Shown: positions 27,618 to 37,952, counted from the first letter of the stretch. The stretch is DNA of 64,000 nt from Candidatus Sulfotelmatobacter sp. (GCA_035485115.1 DATHOG010000219.1:5075-69074); one strand, 5' to 3'. Notes: generated by a model not told the origin, from the letters alone. Made by a program: numbers and translations.

Positions 27618-28175
27618 ATGAGCGAATCAACAAAACCACGCGGGACGAATTCCGGCAAGCCGGAGACGGCCATGCAAAAGCTGAAGGATGTCTGGAAGCG
27701 TTTGCCCGAGGCCACGCAGGATTATTGGCGGGAGCAATTTTCCTCCTCGCGCAAACAAGCGGATTTGCGGGCGGAGCTGGCCAAGAAGCTAAGCATCAAA
27801 CTGCCGACCGATTCCAAGCTGACCCAATTCCGTGCCTGGCTGGACGAACAGGATCAACGCATGCTGATGGCCGGGAAGATCGAGGACCGCAAACAAGAGC
27901 TGCTGTCGGGAGGCATGACGCTGGAGCAGGCGCAGGACGTTTTGCTTTCCGAGGCTTCGGTCTGGGCGGCGGCGTCCAAGGATTTCAAGTTGGGGCTGAA
28001 AGTTTCGGGGCAGATTTCCAAGGCGGTGGTGACACGGCTGGATCAGGAGAAATTCAAGGAATCGCTGCGGACGAAAATTCAAGCCGGCCTCGACGCGATT
28101 TTGAAGGAAGCCAGCAACAATCCGGTGATCAAAGAGGCCGTGAAGAAAATCCAGGAGGCGACGGCCAAGGAATGA
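27618..28175 (+). CDS. Putative small terminase subunit (Mu gp27/DUF3486-like)
   Basis: 185 aa helical protein directly upstream of TerL with an ATGA overlap; assignment by position. Confidence 0.5.
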   Translation: MSESTKPRGTNSGKPETAMQKLKDVWKRLPEATQDYWREQFSSSRKQADLRAELAKKLSIKLPTDSKLTQFRAWLDEQDQRMLMAGKIEDRKQELLSGGMTLEQAQDVLLSEASVWAAASKDFKLGLKVSGQISKAVVTRLDQEKFKESLRTKIQAGLDAILKEASNNPVIKEAVKKIQEATAKE

Positions 28176-30223
28176 AATCCGCCCTTCAACATTTGCGCGA
28201 TGCCGGTTCATCGAAAAAAACGCACGCTCCTGACTGTGATTCGTTCCGCGATTTTCTGGACCATCACGCGAAGGTGGCCGACCGCAATGGCCTGGCGCAA
28301 CCATTCTCCATGCAGGGCAGGGCGCCGCTCGAATTCATCGCGGAGATCATCGACAAGGTTTTGCGGAACACATTGAACGGCGAGGTCGTGGAGATCGATG
28401 GTGTGATGTTCCGCAGCTATAAACTGAAAGGCGCGAGCCTCGCGGTCGGCGGCGGAGCGCAGTTCGGCAAAACAATTTTGGAATTGAACCTGATGGCCTA
28501 TGCGACGGCCATCAAGTTTGTCAGCGTCGGCAACTATCTTCCGGACAAACCCAAAGTCGAGGAGATCGTCGGCCAAAAATTCCGGCCCAACGTGCTCGAT
28601 GTTTATCCCTGGATGGCGGACATGATCCAGCTCGGCAAGGTGGAGAACGCGAGCGGCAAGACCATCGACCGCAAAGAGAGCTACACCGTCACGGACGGCA
28701 CGCGCAAGGCGTTCGGAAATTTCTGCGGCATGCACAAGCCGCCCACGAGCATCACCATCGACATCGCGCTCCTGGATGAGGTGGACGACATTCCGGACCG
28801 CAATATCGGTTACGTGGACGGCCGCATGACAAATTCGCCGATCCATCTGACCTGCTTCATCGGCACCCAGCGCGTGGCCGGCGCCGGCCAGAACGCCCGG
28901 CTCGCCGCGAGCAGTTTTCACGCGAAGATTTATTCGTGCCCGACTTGCGCGAAGGAATGGAACCTCGAGGAGAATTTCCCGCGCATCATCCGCAGCGCCG
29001 GCAAGCAACTGACAGCCGAGGCCGGGCACGATCGCGACGCGCATTATTATTGCGCCTGCCTGGAATGCGGCACGGAACTGGACCGCGACGGCGGCAAGTA
29101 CGTCGCCAAGCATCCGGAGCGTATCAAGGAAGCGAAGCTCGGCGTGCGCGTCTCGCAACTCAACATCAGCGCGATCAGCTTGCAGGAAATCGTCGGTGCC
29201 TGGTTTGCGGCCATGGCGGATCCGAGCGGCGAGGCCATGCAGGCATTTTATTGCGATCGCATCGGCATCCCGAACGCCGGCGCCGCGCAGCCGGTCACGC
29301 AAAAAGTTTTGGATGGCTGTCGCGCGCTCGGCCTGGCTGACAAGGTGGAAGCGTCCGAACCTTATGCCATGTCGCTCACGACCGGCCACGCCCCGCGCTT
29401 CGCCGGCATGGACACCGGGCCGCGTTGCTGGTTCTGGTGTGACGAGGTGCGCAGCGAATCTGTCAGCGGCCTGGTCTGGGCGGAACTCATCGCCAGCGGC
29501 AACACCACCACGCGCGTGCCGTTGCTGATGACCACGCTGGGAATCTCCTGCCTGTTCATCGATGCCGGCGGCGAACCGGACCTCACCAAACGCCTCGCGC
29601 TTTCGTTGAACGGCCTGGAAGGATTTGTTCCGCCCTCCATCCCGCGCAATGAGCTTTTGAAATCCCGGCTCTCCAATCTCGGGTTCGGCGTTTCGTGGGA
29701 TGGCGAGCGCGGCCGCTGGTCCGGCATCAAGTGTGCCGCGGTCCTGTTCACCAGCGGCGAGGCCAAGGGCATCGAGCAAACCATCGGGTTCACGCAGGAC
29801 GGCAAAATTTATCCGCTCATCAAATGCAACCGCGGTGAAAGCATCCAGACGGCCGTGAATGATTTTCTCACGCCGGCCGATGGCGTGCTGGAGTTGGTTG
29901 GTCCGTCCGATAAGAAATCGCCACGGCCGTTACCGCGTGCCCGGTTGCCGCATACTTATATTGGCGCCGGGGTCAGCCAGGCGTTGCTCGACGGCCATCT
30001 TTTGAACCTGCGCAAGGAGCGCGATGTGAAGACCGGCGAGGAAGATTGGATCGCTGGCGTGGAAAACCATCTTGGCCTGGCCAAGGTCTATGCCCGGCTG
30101 GCGGTCATCGCCGGCGGTCGCAAGCCGGTGAAGGTGGCCTTCGGCAAGGCTGCCGGGCTGACCACTGGTTACCACGCCGGAAGCCTCGGCATGGGCCGGC
30201 TGAAATCGGAGGTTTTCATATGA
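28172..30223 (+). CDS. Terminase large subunit (GpA-like)
   Basis: In-frame ATG at 28172 within ORF 27614..30223; Walker A GGGAQFGKT; Walker B IALLDEVDD; Zn-ribbon CPTC...CLECG. Confidence 0.85.
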   Translation: MKSALQHLRDAGSSKKTHAPDCDSFRDFLDHHAKVADRNGLAQPFSMQGRAPLEFIAEIIDKVLRNTLNGEVVEIDGVMFRSYKLKGASLAVGGGAQFGKTILELNLMAYATAIKFVSVGNYLPDKPKVEEIVGQKFRPNVLDVYPWMADMIQLGKVENASGKTIDRKESYTVTDGTRKAFGNFCGMHKPPTSITIDIALLDEVDDIPDRNIGYVDGRMTNSPIHLTCFIGTQRVAGAGQNARLAASSFHAKIYSCPTCAKEWNLEENFPRIIRSAGKQLTAEAGHDRDAHYYCACLECGTELDRDGGKYVAKHPERIKEAKLGVRVSQLNISAISLQEIVGAWFAAMADPSGEAMQAFYCDRIGIPNAGAAQPVTQKVLDGCRALGLADKVEASEPYAMSLTTGHAPRFAGMDTGPRCWFWCDEVRSESVSGLVWAELIASGNTTTRVPLLMTTLGISCLFIDAGGEPDLTKRLALSLNGLEGFVPPSIPRNELLKSRLSNLGFGVSWDGERGRWSGIKCAAVLFTSGEAKGIEQTIGFTQDGKIYPLIKCNRGESIQTAVNDFLTPADGVLELVGPSDKKSPRPLPRARLPHTYIGAGVSQALLDGHLLNLRKERDVKTGEEDWIAGVENHLGLAKVYARLAVIAGGRKPVKVAFGKAAGLTTGYHAGSLGMGRLKSEVFI

Positions 30224-30371
30224 GGTCAAACCATTTCAATTTTGCCCCTTCCGCCCCGATGTGTCGTCCCCCGGGGCAAAGGCGGCTGGAACTGGCCTTA
30301 AACGCCTTAAACGAGGCATATGGCTCTTTGGTCTGGAAGTGCCAAACTCAAATTTTGAGCGAGGTCAGACT

Positions 30372-32390
30372 ATGAATCCGACCGGCCAAAGCCATTTCAA
30401 CCAGGCTCGCATCGAATGGGCCATCCGTTTGAAGTATTCCCCCATGCCCCGGCTGGACATGGAAATCCTCGCCGGCCATCTCAACGAGTTTCGGATCGGC
30501 GAGTTCCGCACCATCGGCAAGATCTGGGAAGTGATGATGGAGCGCGACGGCGAACTGCTCGTCAATTCCGACAAGCGCAAGTCCGATGCCGCCGGCCTCG
30601 AATGGCAGATCGTCAGCGATGGATCCATTGACGGCGACCGCCACGCCGCTGCATTGCAATATTTTTACGACAACCTCACCGCCACCGAGGCGCTCGACCA
30701 GGACACCACCGGCGGCGTGGATGAACTCGTCTACCAGGTCATGTCCGCGCTGGATTACAAATACAGCACGCACGAGATGCTGTTGCGCGTGGACAACCCC
30801 GCCGCCCGCGAGGTCACCGCCGAATTTCGCCACACCCCGCTTTGGTTCATGGAAGCCCGGCGCGGTTATCTCGGTTACCTGAAACACATCTTCGATCTTT
30901 ATGGCCAGCCCTGCATCCAGGGCGAATGGCTCACCGCCGTCAATACCGGCTGGATGCGCCCGCTCTCCGTCGCCTTCGGCATGAAGATGTTCCCGTTGCG
31001 CGACTGGCTGCTGTTCTGCACGCGCTACGGCAGCGGCTTTTTGGATGGCGAGACGGATGCCACGCTTGGTACGCCGGAATGGGATGCGGCACTGGATGCG
31101 TTGAACACCATGGCCAATGACGGCGCCGTGCTGCACAACTCCGGCGTTAGTTTCAAATTCCTGGAGCAATCCGCCCGCAACCAGCTTCCGTTCCAGCCCA
31201 TCGTCGAGATGATCGACCGCCTTTACGCCAAGTGCTATCGGGGCATGGACATGGCCACCGGCTCCCGCGCCGGCAAAAGTTCCAACAGCAGCGGCGGCGA
31301 GGGCAAGTCAGTCGGTGCCAGCGTGCAAAAAGAGGAGTCCGGCATTTTCCTCATGCGCGATTCCAAATGGACCACCGGTGTGATGAATGAGCGCGTGGAC
31401 CGTCCGGTCATCCGTTATCTGTTCGGCCAGGAACCGCGCGCCTGGTTCGTCCTCATGCCGCCGCTCGATGACACCAGCGAGCAGGATCTGCAAAGTCTGA
31501 CCGGCCTCGTGCCGATGGGCTTCAAGGTCATGATGAAGGAAGTTTACAAGCGCTTCCGCTGGTCCGTGCCGGAAAAAGGCGAACCCTGCCTCGTACCGCC
31601 CGCGCCCATCGCGCCGCCCATGGCACCGCCTGCGGCTGCGCAAATCAAACCGGAAGATGAAGAGAATCCTTCAAAGCCCGGCGAGCAACCAGCGAAGCCG
31701 GGCGAACAGCCGGTCGCTGCCGCGCCGGTTCCGCCAGTGCCCGAGAAGAAACCCGCCGCAGTGGATGCCGCTGGCGAAGAAACCGATCCTCTGGTCCGCG
31801 ACAAGACCGACAACGATGTCGTGCCCACCGCCAGGGCCCGGACCGGCGAGCTGACCCCGATCGGCGCCGGCGCAGATCCCGCCACCTGGCCGGGCGCCAG
31901 CGGCCTCATGCCGGACACGCAAGTTGACTCCGCGAGCTTTTGGAGCCGCAGCGCCACCGTGCCGAAAGGTGCGGATGGCCAGATCTTGCCCATGCCCTCG
32001 CTCGGTTACTCGTTGCCGAATGAACGCTTCGAACGCCTCGCCCAACTCGGCCTCGGCAATTCCCGCGCCGCGCAGGCGCTCCGTAAAACCATCCGCGCCG
32101 CCCGCGTGGAGATTGAATCCGGTCCGCAGGCCACCGCGCTCACGAATGCGGCCGATGTCACCGCCCGCCTGGCGGATGAGTTGCACGCCACGATCGCGCC
32201 CGTTCTCAAACGCCTGGAGAAAATCGCCGCGCTGAAGGATCCCGCGATGCAACACCATCTTCTTGAAAAATTGATCTCTGATTTCCCCGCGCTTTCCGAA
32301 GCCATCAAGGCCGATGAAACCTTCCAGGACCAGCTCACGCCCGAACTCCTGAAAAATTTCATGGCCGGACTCAAAACCAAAAAAGTATGA
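30372..32390 (+). CDS. Portal protein (Mu gp29/DUF935-like) with long C-terminal extension
   Basis: GAGG-N7-ATG at 30372; KIWEVMMERDGELLVNSDKRKSDAAGLEWQIV typical of DUF935; Pro-rich linker from about residue 400 and a ~250 aa helical tail. Confidence 0.8.
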   Translation: MNPTGQSHFNQARIEWAIRLKYSPMPRLDMEILAGHLNEFRIGEFRTIGKIWEVMMERDGELLVNSDKRKSDAAGLEWQIVSDGSIDGDRHAAALQYFYDNLTATEALDQDTTGGVDELVYQVMSALDYKYSTHEMLLRVDNPAAREVTAEFRHTPLWFMEARRGYLGYLKHIFDLYGQPCIQGEWLTAVNTGWMRPLSVAFGMKMFPLRDWLLFCTRYGSGFLDGETDATLGTPEWDAALDALNTMANDGAVLHNSGVSFKFLEQSARNQLPFQPIVEMIDRLYAKCYRGMDMATGSRAGKSSNSSGGEGKSVGASVQKEESGIFLMRDSKWTTGVMNERVDRPVIRYLFGQEPRAWFVLMPPLDDTSEQDLQSLTGLVPMGFKVMMKEVYKRFRWSVPEKGEPCLVPPAPIAPPMAPPAAAQIKPEDEENPSKPGEQPAKPGEQPVAAAPVPPVPEKKPAAVDAAGEETDPLVRDKTDNDVVPTARARTGELTPIGAGADPATWPGASGLMPDTQVDSASFWSRSATVPKGADGQILPMPSLGYSLPNERFERLAQLGLGNSRAAQALRKTIRAARVEIESGPQATALTNAADVTARLADELHATIAPVLKRLEKIAALKDPAMQHHLLEKLISDFPALSEAIKADETFQDQLTPELLKNFMAGLKTKKV

Positions 32391-33703
32391 ATATTTTACT
32401 GATCGACGATTCTGTGTTTGCCCTGGACAACAGTGCCGCCGCGGCCGCCGTCATCGAATCCCTCCGCACCGTCTCGCGCGAGGGTGACAATTATCTCATC
32501 GCCCTGGACAACGATGCGGGCATTGATGACGACGGCTGGTGTCTCGTCGCCCCCTTCGGCGAACATCTCAAGGTCCGGCAATATCGCGATGCCGGAGCGG
32601 TCAAGGAACAGACCTTCATCCAGGTGCTGGACAACGACTCCGCCGATGCGCTCGTCAACAGCGAGAATTCTTTCTTCAGCAAACTCAAACGCGCCATCGT
32701 CGGCATTCCGATTTACAAGGGTCATGGCGATTTGAATGACGTGGACGCCAAGGCGATCGGGAACACGAGCGAGAAGATCAAGCTCGGCGTCATCGACAAG
32801 ATCCGGAAATCCCCACGCGGCATCGAGGCGCACTTCGCCCTGGACAACGACGGCGCGAAGGCCGTGGCCGAGGGCTGGAAATTTCCGAGCTGCTTCTGGC
32901 TCGTCATGCCCTCCGGCACGCGCGCCCTGGCGAACAGCATCAACGCCATCGTGGCCAAGCCCTTCAAACTTTTGAGCGTCGCCCTGACGCCCTTCCCAAA
33001 CATTTCCGGCGTGGAGTCCCTGGCGAATGCCAGACCGACCGAACCCGCCGTGACCGCTGCGGTGGCGGCCATCACCGAACCACAAACAAACAACCACATG
33101 AAACAAATCCTCATCGGGTGGCTCGCCGCACAAGGTATCGCCCTTGCGAACGACGCCACGGACCAGGCGGTCTTCGACGCCTTCAACAAAGAGATGCTCA
33201 CTCGCAGCACGAGCGTCGCCGCGTTGGGCAACGAAAAGACCACCCTCAACACAACCATCGGCACGCTGACCACGGATCGCGACACGCAAAAACGCCGCGC
33301 CGATGAAGCTGCCACCGCGCTCGGCAATGAGCAGACCGCGCACAAGGGTTTGCGCAAGACCGCCGCCTCGCTCGTCGTGGATGCCGCCGTCCGTCTCGGC
33401 ATCAAGACCGTCGCCGAACGCGATGCGGCCATCACCGCCTTGGAGAACAGCACCAAGTTCCAGGAAGATGCCGACGCGCTGCTCAAGACCGCGCCCGTCC
33501 GCAAGACCACCACCAACGGCCTCGATGTCACCGGCAAGCAATCCGCCGCCCTCGGCAATGAAGCCCAGGCGTTGCAGAACGAATACCAGCAGGCGTTCGC
33601 CGCCGAACTCATCGCCGCCGGCCAGGACCCGATCAAGGCGCACCGCAACATCATGACGCTGCCGAAGTATTCCGGCCTCGCCTGCAAGCTGGTGCCGAAA
33701 TAA
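32387..33703 (+). CDS. Mu I-like head maturation protease / scaffold fusion
   Basis: CLVAPFGEHLK...VLDNDSADALV...IPIYKGH resembles the Mu protease I family; helical Ala/Thr-rich C-terminal half resembles scaffold. Confidence 0.7.
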   Translation: MNILLIDDSVFALDNSAAAAAVIESLRTVSREGDNYLIALDNDAGIDDDGWCLVAPFGEHLKVRQYRDAGAVKEQTFIQVLDNDSADALVNSENSFFSKLKRAIVGIPIYKGHGDLNDVDAKAIGNTSEKIKLGVIDKIRKSPRGIEAHFALDNDGAKAVAEGWKFPSCFWLVMPSGTRALANSINAIVAKPFKLLSVALTPFPNISGVESLANARPTEPAVTAAVAAITEPQTNNHMKQILIGWLAAQGIALANDATDQAVFDAFNKEMLTRSTSVAALGNEKTTLNTTIGTLTTDRDTQKRRADEAATALGNEQTAHKGLRKTAASLVVDAAVRLGIKTVAERDAAITALENSTKFQEDADALLKTAPVRKTTTNGLDVTGKQSAALGNEAQALQNEYQQAFAAELIAAGQDPIKAHRNIMTLPKYSGLACKLVPK

Positions 33704-33738
33704 TCCCGGACCAACCGCAACCAAAAAATTAAATCACC

Positions 33739-34161
33739 ATGAAATCATTTACCTTGCTGTTGCTCGCCGCCGATCCAGCGGCCGGCAACGGTCCCGCCAA
33801 AACGCCTCCCGCCAAAACGCCGACCATCGAGGAGCTGCAAGCGCAACTCGATGCCGCCAATGCCAAACTGGCCGATGCCTCCGCCGCCGATGCCGCGCGC
33901 ATCGAGGTGGAAAAAGCCATCGCCGAAAAAACCAGCAAGGGGCTGACGCGCGAACAGGCCATCGCCGTCATCCGCCGGCAGAAGGAACATGATGAGGCGC
34001 AGGAAGCCTTCTGGGCCAAGCGCCGGCCCGCCGTCATCGCCATCTTGAAAAAGTATGACGACACCGTCGAGCAACGCAAGAAGCTCAACACCACGTTAAA
34101 CACCAATATCTCGCCCGAAGAGATCGCCGCGGCCCAGAAGGCCATGACCGCGTCGAAGTAA
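33739..34161 (+). CDS. Hypothetical head-module protein (helical, scaffold-like)
   Basis: 140 aa, Ala/Glu/Lys-rich helices, between protease and capsid genes. Confidence 0.45.
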   Translation: MKSFTLLLLAADPAAGNGPAKTPPAKTPTIEELQAQLDAANAKLADASAADAARIEVEKAIAEKTSKGLTREQAIAVIRRQKEHDEAQEAFWAKRRPAVIAILKKYDDTVEQRKKLNTTLNTNISPEEIAAAQKAMTASK

Positions 34162-34193
34162 CCACCAGGCCATAACCGAAAACAAAACTCCAA

Positions 34194-34769
34194 ATGAAAA
34201 AATTGAAAATTGTTTCCGCGATGCTGCTTGGCACGCTCTTCGCGACGATCGACCGCCTGTTCCGTCCCGCTTCCGCCGTTCCCCTGGCTAATGCCCTCGG
34301 CCTATGGGGAGCCAAGGCCGAAACGCTGCTGCTCGATCCCGCATCCGCGTACAACTCCGGCAACGTCTGGCCCGGCCGCAACCTGCTCGTGCAGCGTGGC
34401 GCCACCGGTTACCAGTACGGCGACCTCTCCGGCGGCGTGAACCGTCCGCTTGGTGTCACGTTGGATGCCCCGTACAGCGCCTCCGATCCGTTCGAGATCC
34501 ACATCCTCGGTGCGCATCCGGGATTGTTCATCGGCATCGCGACTGGCGCGGTGACCATTGATCACCTGCTCGTGTCGGCAGCGGCCGGCAAGGTTGCAGA
34601 CATCACCACGCTCGGCAACGGCACCTATTGGGTCGTTGGCAAGGCACAGGCGACCATCGCGGCCAACAACTCCACCATGGAGATCAGCTACACACCCTGT
34701 CTGCCGTACCAGATCACTGTCAGCAATGGCGGCGGTACCTACGCGCTCACCGCCCCGACCGGTTCCTAA
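34194..34769 (+). CDS. Hypothetical head-module protein (possible decoration/cement protein)
   Basis: 191 aa directly upstream of the capsid gene; assignment by position only. Confidence 0.4.
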   Translation: MKKLKIVSAMLLGTLFATIDRLFRPASAVPLANALGLWGAKAETLLLDPASAYNSGNVWPGRNLLVQRGATGYQYGDLSGGVNRPLGVTLDAPYSASDPFEIHILGAHPGLFIGIATGAVTIDHLLVSAAAGKVADITTLGNGTYWVVGKAQATIAANNSTMEISYTPCLPYQITVSNGGGTYALTAPTGS

Positions 34770-34804
34770 CCAACCCTTAAACCGAAACTTAACTGACCAA
34801 TAAA

Positions 34805-35866
34805 ATGAAAACTACCGAAACACCGGTTGAACAACGCAGCCCGCACAATCAGGTGATTTACCGGGCGGCCATCATGGCGGCCGTCGCCAGCATGGGCATG
34901 GCCCTGTCCAACGACCTCAACTCCACGCCCTCCGGCGGAATCATGCTGGCCAACGATTCCATCCTCCGGACCGCCGTGCCGATCGAGGAACTCACCCTGT
35001 TCGCCGCGAGCTATGACTCGATGGTCGGCAACGGCCTGGTCAAGCTGCGCGATTTCATCGCGCCGCCCCGCCCGACCAGCAGCCGCATCTTCCGGCTCAC
35101 CAGCTACAACGAAAACGAGCCGTGGGAAACCGTGGATTACACCAAGGTCAAACGCGGCCTGCTTGGCGACTTCATGGAAGTCCGCCAGCGCACCGCCAGC
35201 AAATCCGATCAACAGGGTTTCAACCGTGGTCTCACGGTGATTCTCGATCGCGACGAGCTGAAGGACAAACCCGAGTGGCAGCAGATGCACACCAAATGGC
35301 TCATCGACCTGTTGAACCGCGCCTCCATCCTGGAAGCGATGGCTCTCTTCACGGCCTCCGCCATCAATGCCAACACCACCTGGGACAGCGCCAGCAACCC
35401 GGATCTGGATCTGCGCAGCCGCATCCTGACCTTGTCCGACACAACGGGCTTCTACCCGACCAATGTCGCTTACGGCGACAAGGCCCACCTCAAGCGCCAG
35501 AACGCCTACGAATCCGAGCTGAACGCCGGCGCGCTCGCCCGTTCCAGCGCCTACAGCGAGGTGGAACTTGCCTCCGCCCTCGGCGTCGGCAATGTCCTCA
35601 TCAACGCCGAGCGTTATCAGAACACCGCCACGGCCAAACAGGAAATCATCGGCCAGAACGTCTTGCTATTCACCGGCATGAAGGACGCCGGCCCCATGGA
35701 TCCGTCCAACATCGTCCGCCACGTCTTCAACGGCAACCTTGGCGGCGGCGATTACGCGGTCTACCTCACCGACCTCGGTGTGAAGAAAATCGCGCTCACC
35801 GTCGAGAACTACGAGCTGATCCACGCCCAGCACACCAGCGGCATCCAGCAGCTCGCCATCAACTGA
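34805..35866 (+). CDS. Major capsid protein (presumed HK97 fold)
   Basis: 353 aa, position after protease/scaffold, size and composition typical; no motif-level proof. Confidence 0.6.
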   Translation: MKTTETPVEQRSPHNQVIYRAAIMAAVASMGMALSNDLNSTPSGGIMLANDSILRTAVPIEELTLFAASYDSMVGNGLVKLRDFIAPPRPTSSRIFRLTSYNENEPWETVDYTKVKRGLLGDFMEVRQRTASKSDQQGFNRGLTVILDRDELKDKPEWQQMHTKWLIDLLNRASILEAMALFTASAINANTTWDSASNPDLDLRSRILTLSDTTGFYPTNVAYGDKAHLKRQNAYESELNAGALARSSAYSEVELASALGVGNVLINAERYQNTATAKQEIIGQNVLLFTGMKDAGPMDPSNIVRHVFNGNLGGGDYAVYLTDLGVKKIALTVENYELIHAQHTSGIQQLAIN

Positions 35867-35934
35867 ACGCCCCGGCGGCGTGGCCGGTCGTGCCACGCCG
35901 CCAAAGCAAAAACGCAATTTAAATAAAATCAAAA

Positions 35935-36654
35935 ATGAAAACTGAATTATTCATCCTGGCTGCGCTTCTCTTATCCGTGGTCGCAACCTCACTGTTTATC
36001 CGCTGGAAAAACCGGCAGGCCAGCAAGTCACACTATGTGCGGCACTGGTACAAAACTCCATTCCGCGAAGTCTATTCGCAGACCTTCCGTTTGTGGCTGG
36101 CCAGCGTGATCAACTGTCACATCGTCCGCCGTCTTGAGCGGCCCACGATTGCTGCCAGCCTCGGCTGCTTGCTGGTTGCAACCCTGTTGCTGCTTGCCCC
36201 GCCGGCCTCGGCACAAGGCATCGGCACCTACGTTAATACCCGGCCAGTCACGTTGTTCTCCGGCTGGGTCACCAACGGGCAGGCGCTGGTCCCTAACTCG
36301 GTGTTCACCAACTTCCTGAATTATTCCGGATTCCACCGGATCGGGTTGTGGGCGTCCACCACGTTCACCAACCCCGTCAACGTCGCCGGCTCCAATGTGT
36401 CGCTGCAATTCGACTTCGGACCCGGCCAGGGCAATGGTTATTCAAACTCCGTGTTTGGGACCAATTACCCGTTCACCACCACCGAACCGTTGCAATGGTT
36501 CCTGCCGATCAACACCAATGCGATGTTGCTGACCAACATTGATTGGAATTTTTCGGACAGCGTGCAGTTCTGGCGGTTCACCCAGGAAACCAACTCCACC
36601 AGCGGCGGCCACAACGGCTTCTACCTGCAATTGGACGCAACAGTCACCCCGTGA
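35935..36654 (+). CDS. Membrane/secreted hypothetical protein inserted in the head module
   Basis: Two N-terminal hydrophobic segments (second ends ..APPASAQG); Asn/Thr-rich beta-like body; followed by a strong hairpin. Confidence 0.5.
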   Translation: MKTELFILAALLLSVVATSLFIRWKNRQASKSHYVRHWYKTPFREVYSQTFRLWLASVINCHIVRRLERPTIAASLGCLLVATLLLLAPPASAQGIGTYVNTRPVTLFSGWVTNGQALVPNSVFTNFLNYSGFHRIGLWASTTFTNPVNVAGSNVSLQFDFGPGQGNGYSNSVFGTNYPFTTTEPLQWFLPINTNAMLLTNIDWNFSDSVQFWRFTQETNSTSGGHNGFYLQLDATVTP

Positions 36655-36660
36655 CGCAAC

Positions 36661-36729
36661 GCCGGCGCCGGTCCGCAAGGACCGGCGCCGGTCCCTAAAT
36701 CGTAAATCTAAAATCGTAAATCATAAATC
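36661..36729 (+). repeat. 13-bp-stem hairpin followed by five NTAAATC heptamer repeats
   Basis: CCGGCGCCGGTCC-GCAA-GGACCGGCGCCGG (36662-36691), then CTAAATC GTAAATC TAAAATC GTAAATC ATAAATC (36695-36729). Confidence 0.85.
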
Positions 36730-36735
36730 CCTGGC

Positions 36736-37200
36736 ATGCCCTGGAACACCATAGACACCGAATCGATCATCAACTCGTTGACCCCGGTTGAGCAGTCCAT
36801 CTTGCAAAACATCCAGGGCTTTGCCACCGGCCTGCAGGACAAGATCGCCACTACGATCTTGCGCGTCCGTTCCAAGATCAAGGCCGGCGGCAATCCGCTC
36901 GATGGCTCCAACCCGCTCACCGTGCCTGATTCCCTGGCCGAGGAAGTCATCGCCATCGCCCGGTGGCGCTTCCTCTCCGATTTTCCCGGACTCAAATCAC
37001 TCAAGACCAAGGAGCGCGAACAGGCCAGCAAAGACGCCGAGGACATGCTTAACGAGATCAGCAGCAACAAACCCAACCGCCCGCGCACCGAACTGCCATT
37101 GGTCCCGGACACCGCTGCCTCGCCCGTCAACGCCGTGGGCATCGCGCGTCGCGGCCGCCGGCTCGAAACCGGTTCATTCGATAAAATCGGCGAAACCTGA
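36736..37200 (+). CDS. Head-tail connector-like protein (Mu gp36/DUF1320-like)
   Basis: 154 aa; position after capsid; weak resemblance only. Confidence 0.45.
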   Translation: MPWNTIDTESIINSLTPVEQSILQNIQGFATGLQDKIATTILRVRSKIKAGGNPLDGSNPLTVPDSLAEEVIAIARWRFLSDFPGLKSLKTKEREQASKDAEDMLNEISSNKPNRPRTELPLVPDTAASPVNAVGIARRGRRLETGSFDKIGET

Positions 37201-37952
37201 TGAGCGCCACCCTACAACTTCCGGCCGCATCGCAAAAGGCCCTCGCCGGCTCGCTGCAAAAGTATTCCGGCAGCCTTGGTGCTGACTGGGTGCAGCAGGC
37301 GCTCGACCGCATTTTAAGCGGCCTGAAAAGCGCGTTAAACCCAGCCGATGAATCACGAAGTGATGGCACCACGGCCGAGACCGGCGCTTCGCCGTCCACC
37401 GTGCGCGCCGATGTTGTTTCGGATCTGCTCAACAATTTCAAGGATGGCCAGGCCATCGCCGAGACGCTCAACCTCGATTTCAAGATCAGCACCGCGCTCG
37501 ATGTCGCCGGCGGCGCCGGGCGCTTTGTCCAGGCGCAATCCGACGTGGATGAATATCCCGCCTGGGCGCTCTCCCGGATGTATGCTCGCAATGTGCCGCG
37601 TGGCTTCAAGGCCGGCCCCAAGGGCGCCATTATACCAGTGCCGGATGACGATTGGCCCTCACGCTGGGAAGAGGCGGGCAATGCTTGCGGCGATGACGAT
37701 TGGTTGCCGTGGGATGGCGATAGCCAGACAGGTCGAGGCATTGCGCTGAAATCCTCCGGGATCTGGGAACAGCTCGGCAGCCTGCGCGATGACTCGCTCG
37801 GCAATGCGTTTCCACCGTTCGCTTTCAACAGCGGCTTCGACGTGGACGGCGTGCCTTACAAAGAATGCGTCGAACTCGGTTTGCTGGATGACGGCGACAA
37901 GCCGGAACCAGCGGACGTGGATCTAAACAAACTCTTTTCCCCGATCGCATGA
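37200..37952 (+). CDS. Hypothetical virion-module protein
   Basis: 250 aa, ATGA-type coupling on both sides. Confidence 0.5.
   Translation: MSATLQLPAASQKALAGSLQKYSGSLGADWVQQALDRILSGLKSALNPADESRSDGTTAETGASPSTVRADVVSDLLNNFKDGQAIAETLNLDFKISTALDVAGGAGRFVQAQSDVDEYPAWALSRMYARNVPRGFKAGPKGAIIPVPDDDWPSRWEEAGNACGDDDWLPWDGDSQTGRGIALKSSGIWEQLGSLRDDSLGNAFPPFAFNSGFDVDGVPYKECVELGLLDDGDKPEPADVDLNKLFSPIA

Noticed and set aside
27614-28171. N-terminal 186 codons of the 869-aa ORF 27614..30223
   Set aside because: This Gly/Arg/Ala-rich segment overlaps the better gp27-like gene (27618..28175) out of frame. TerL more plausibly starts at the ATGA-coupled ATG at 28172.
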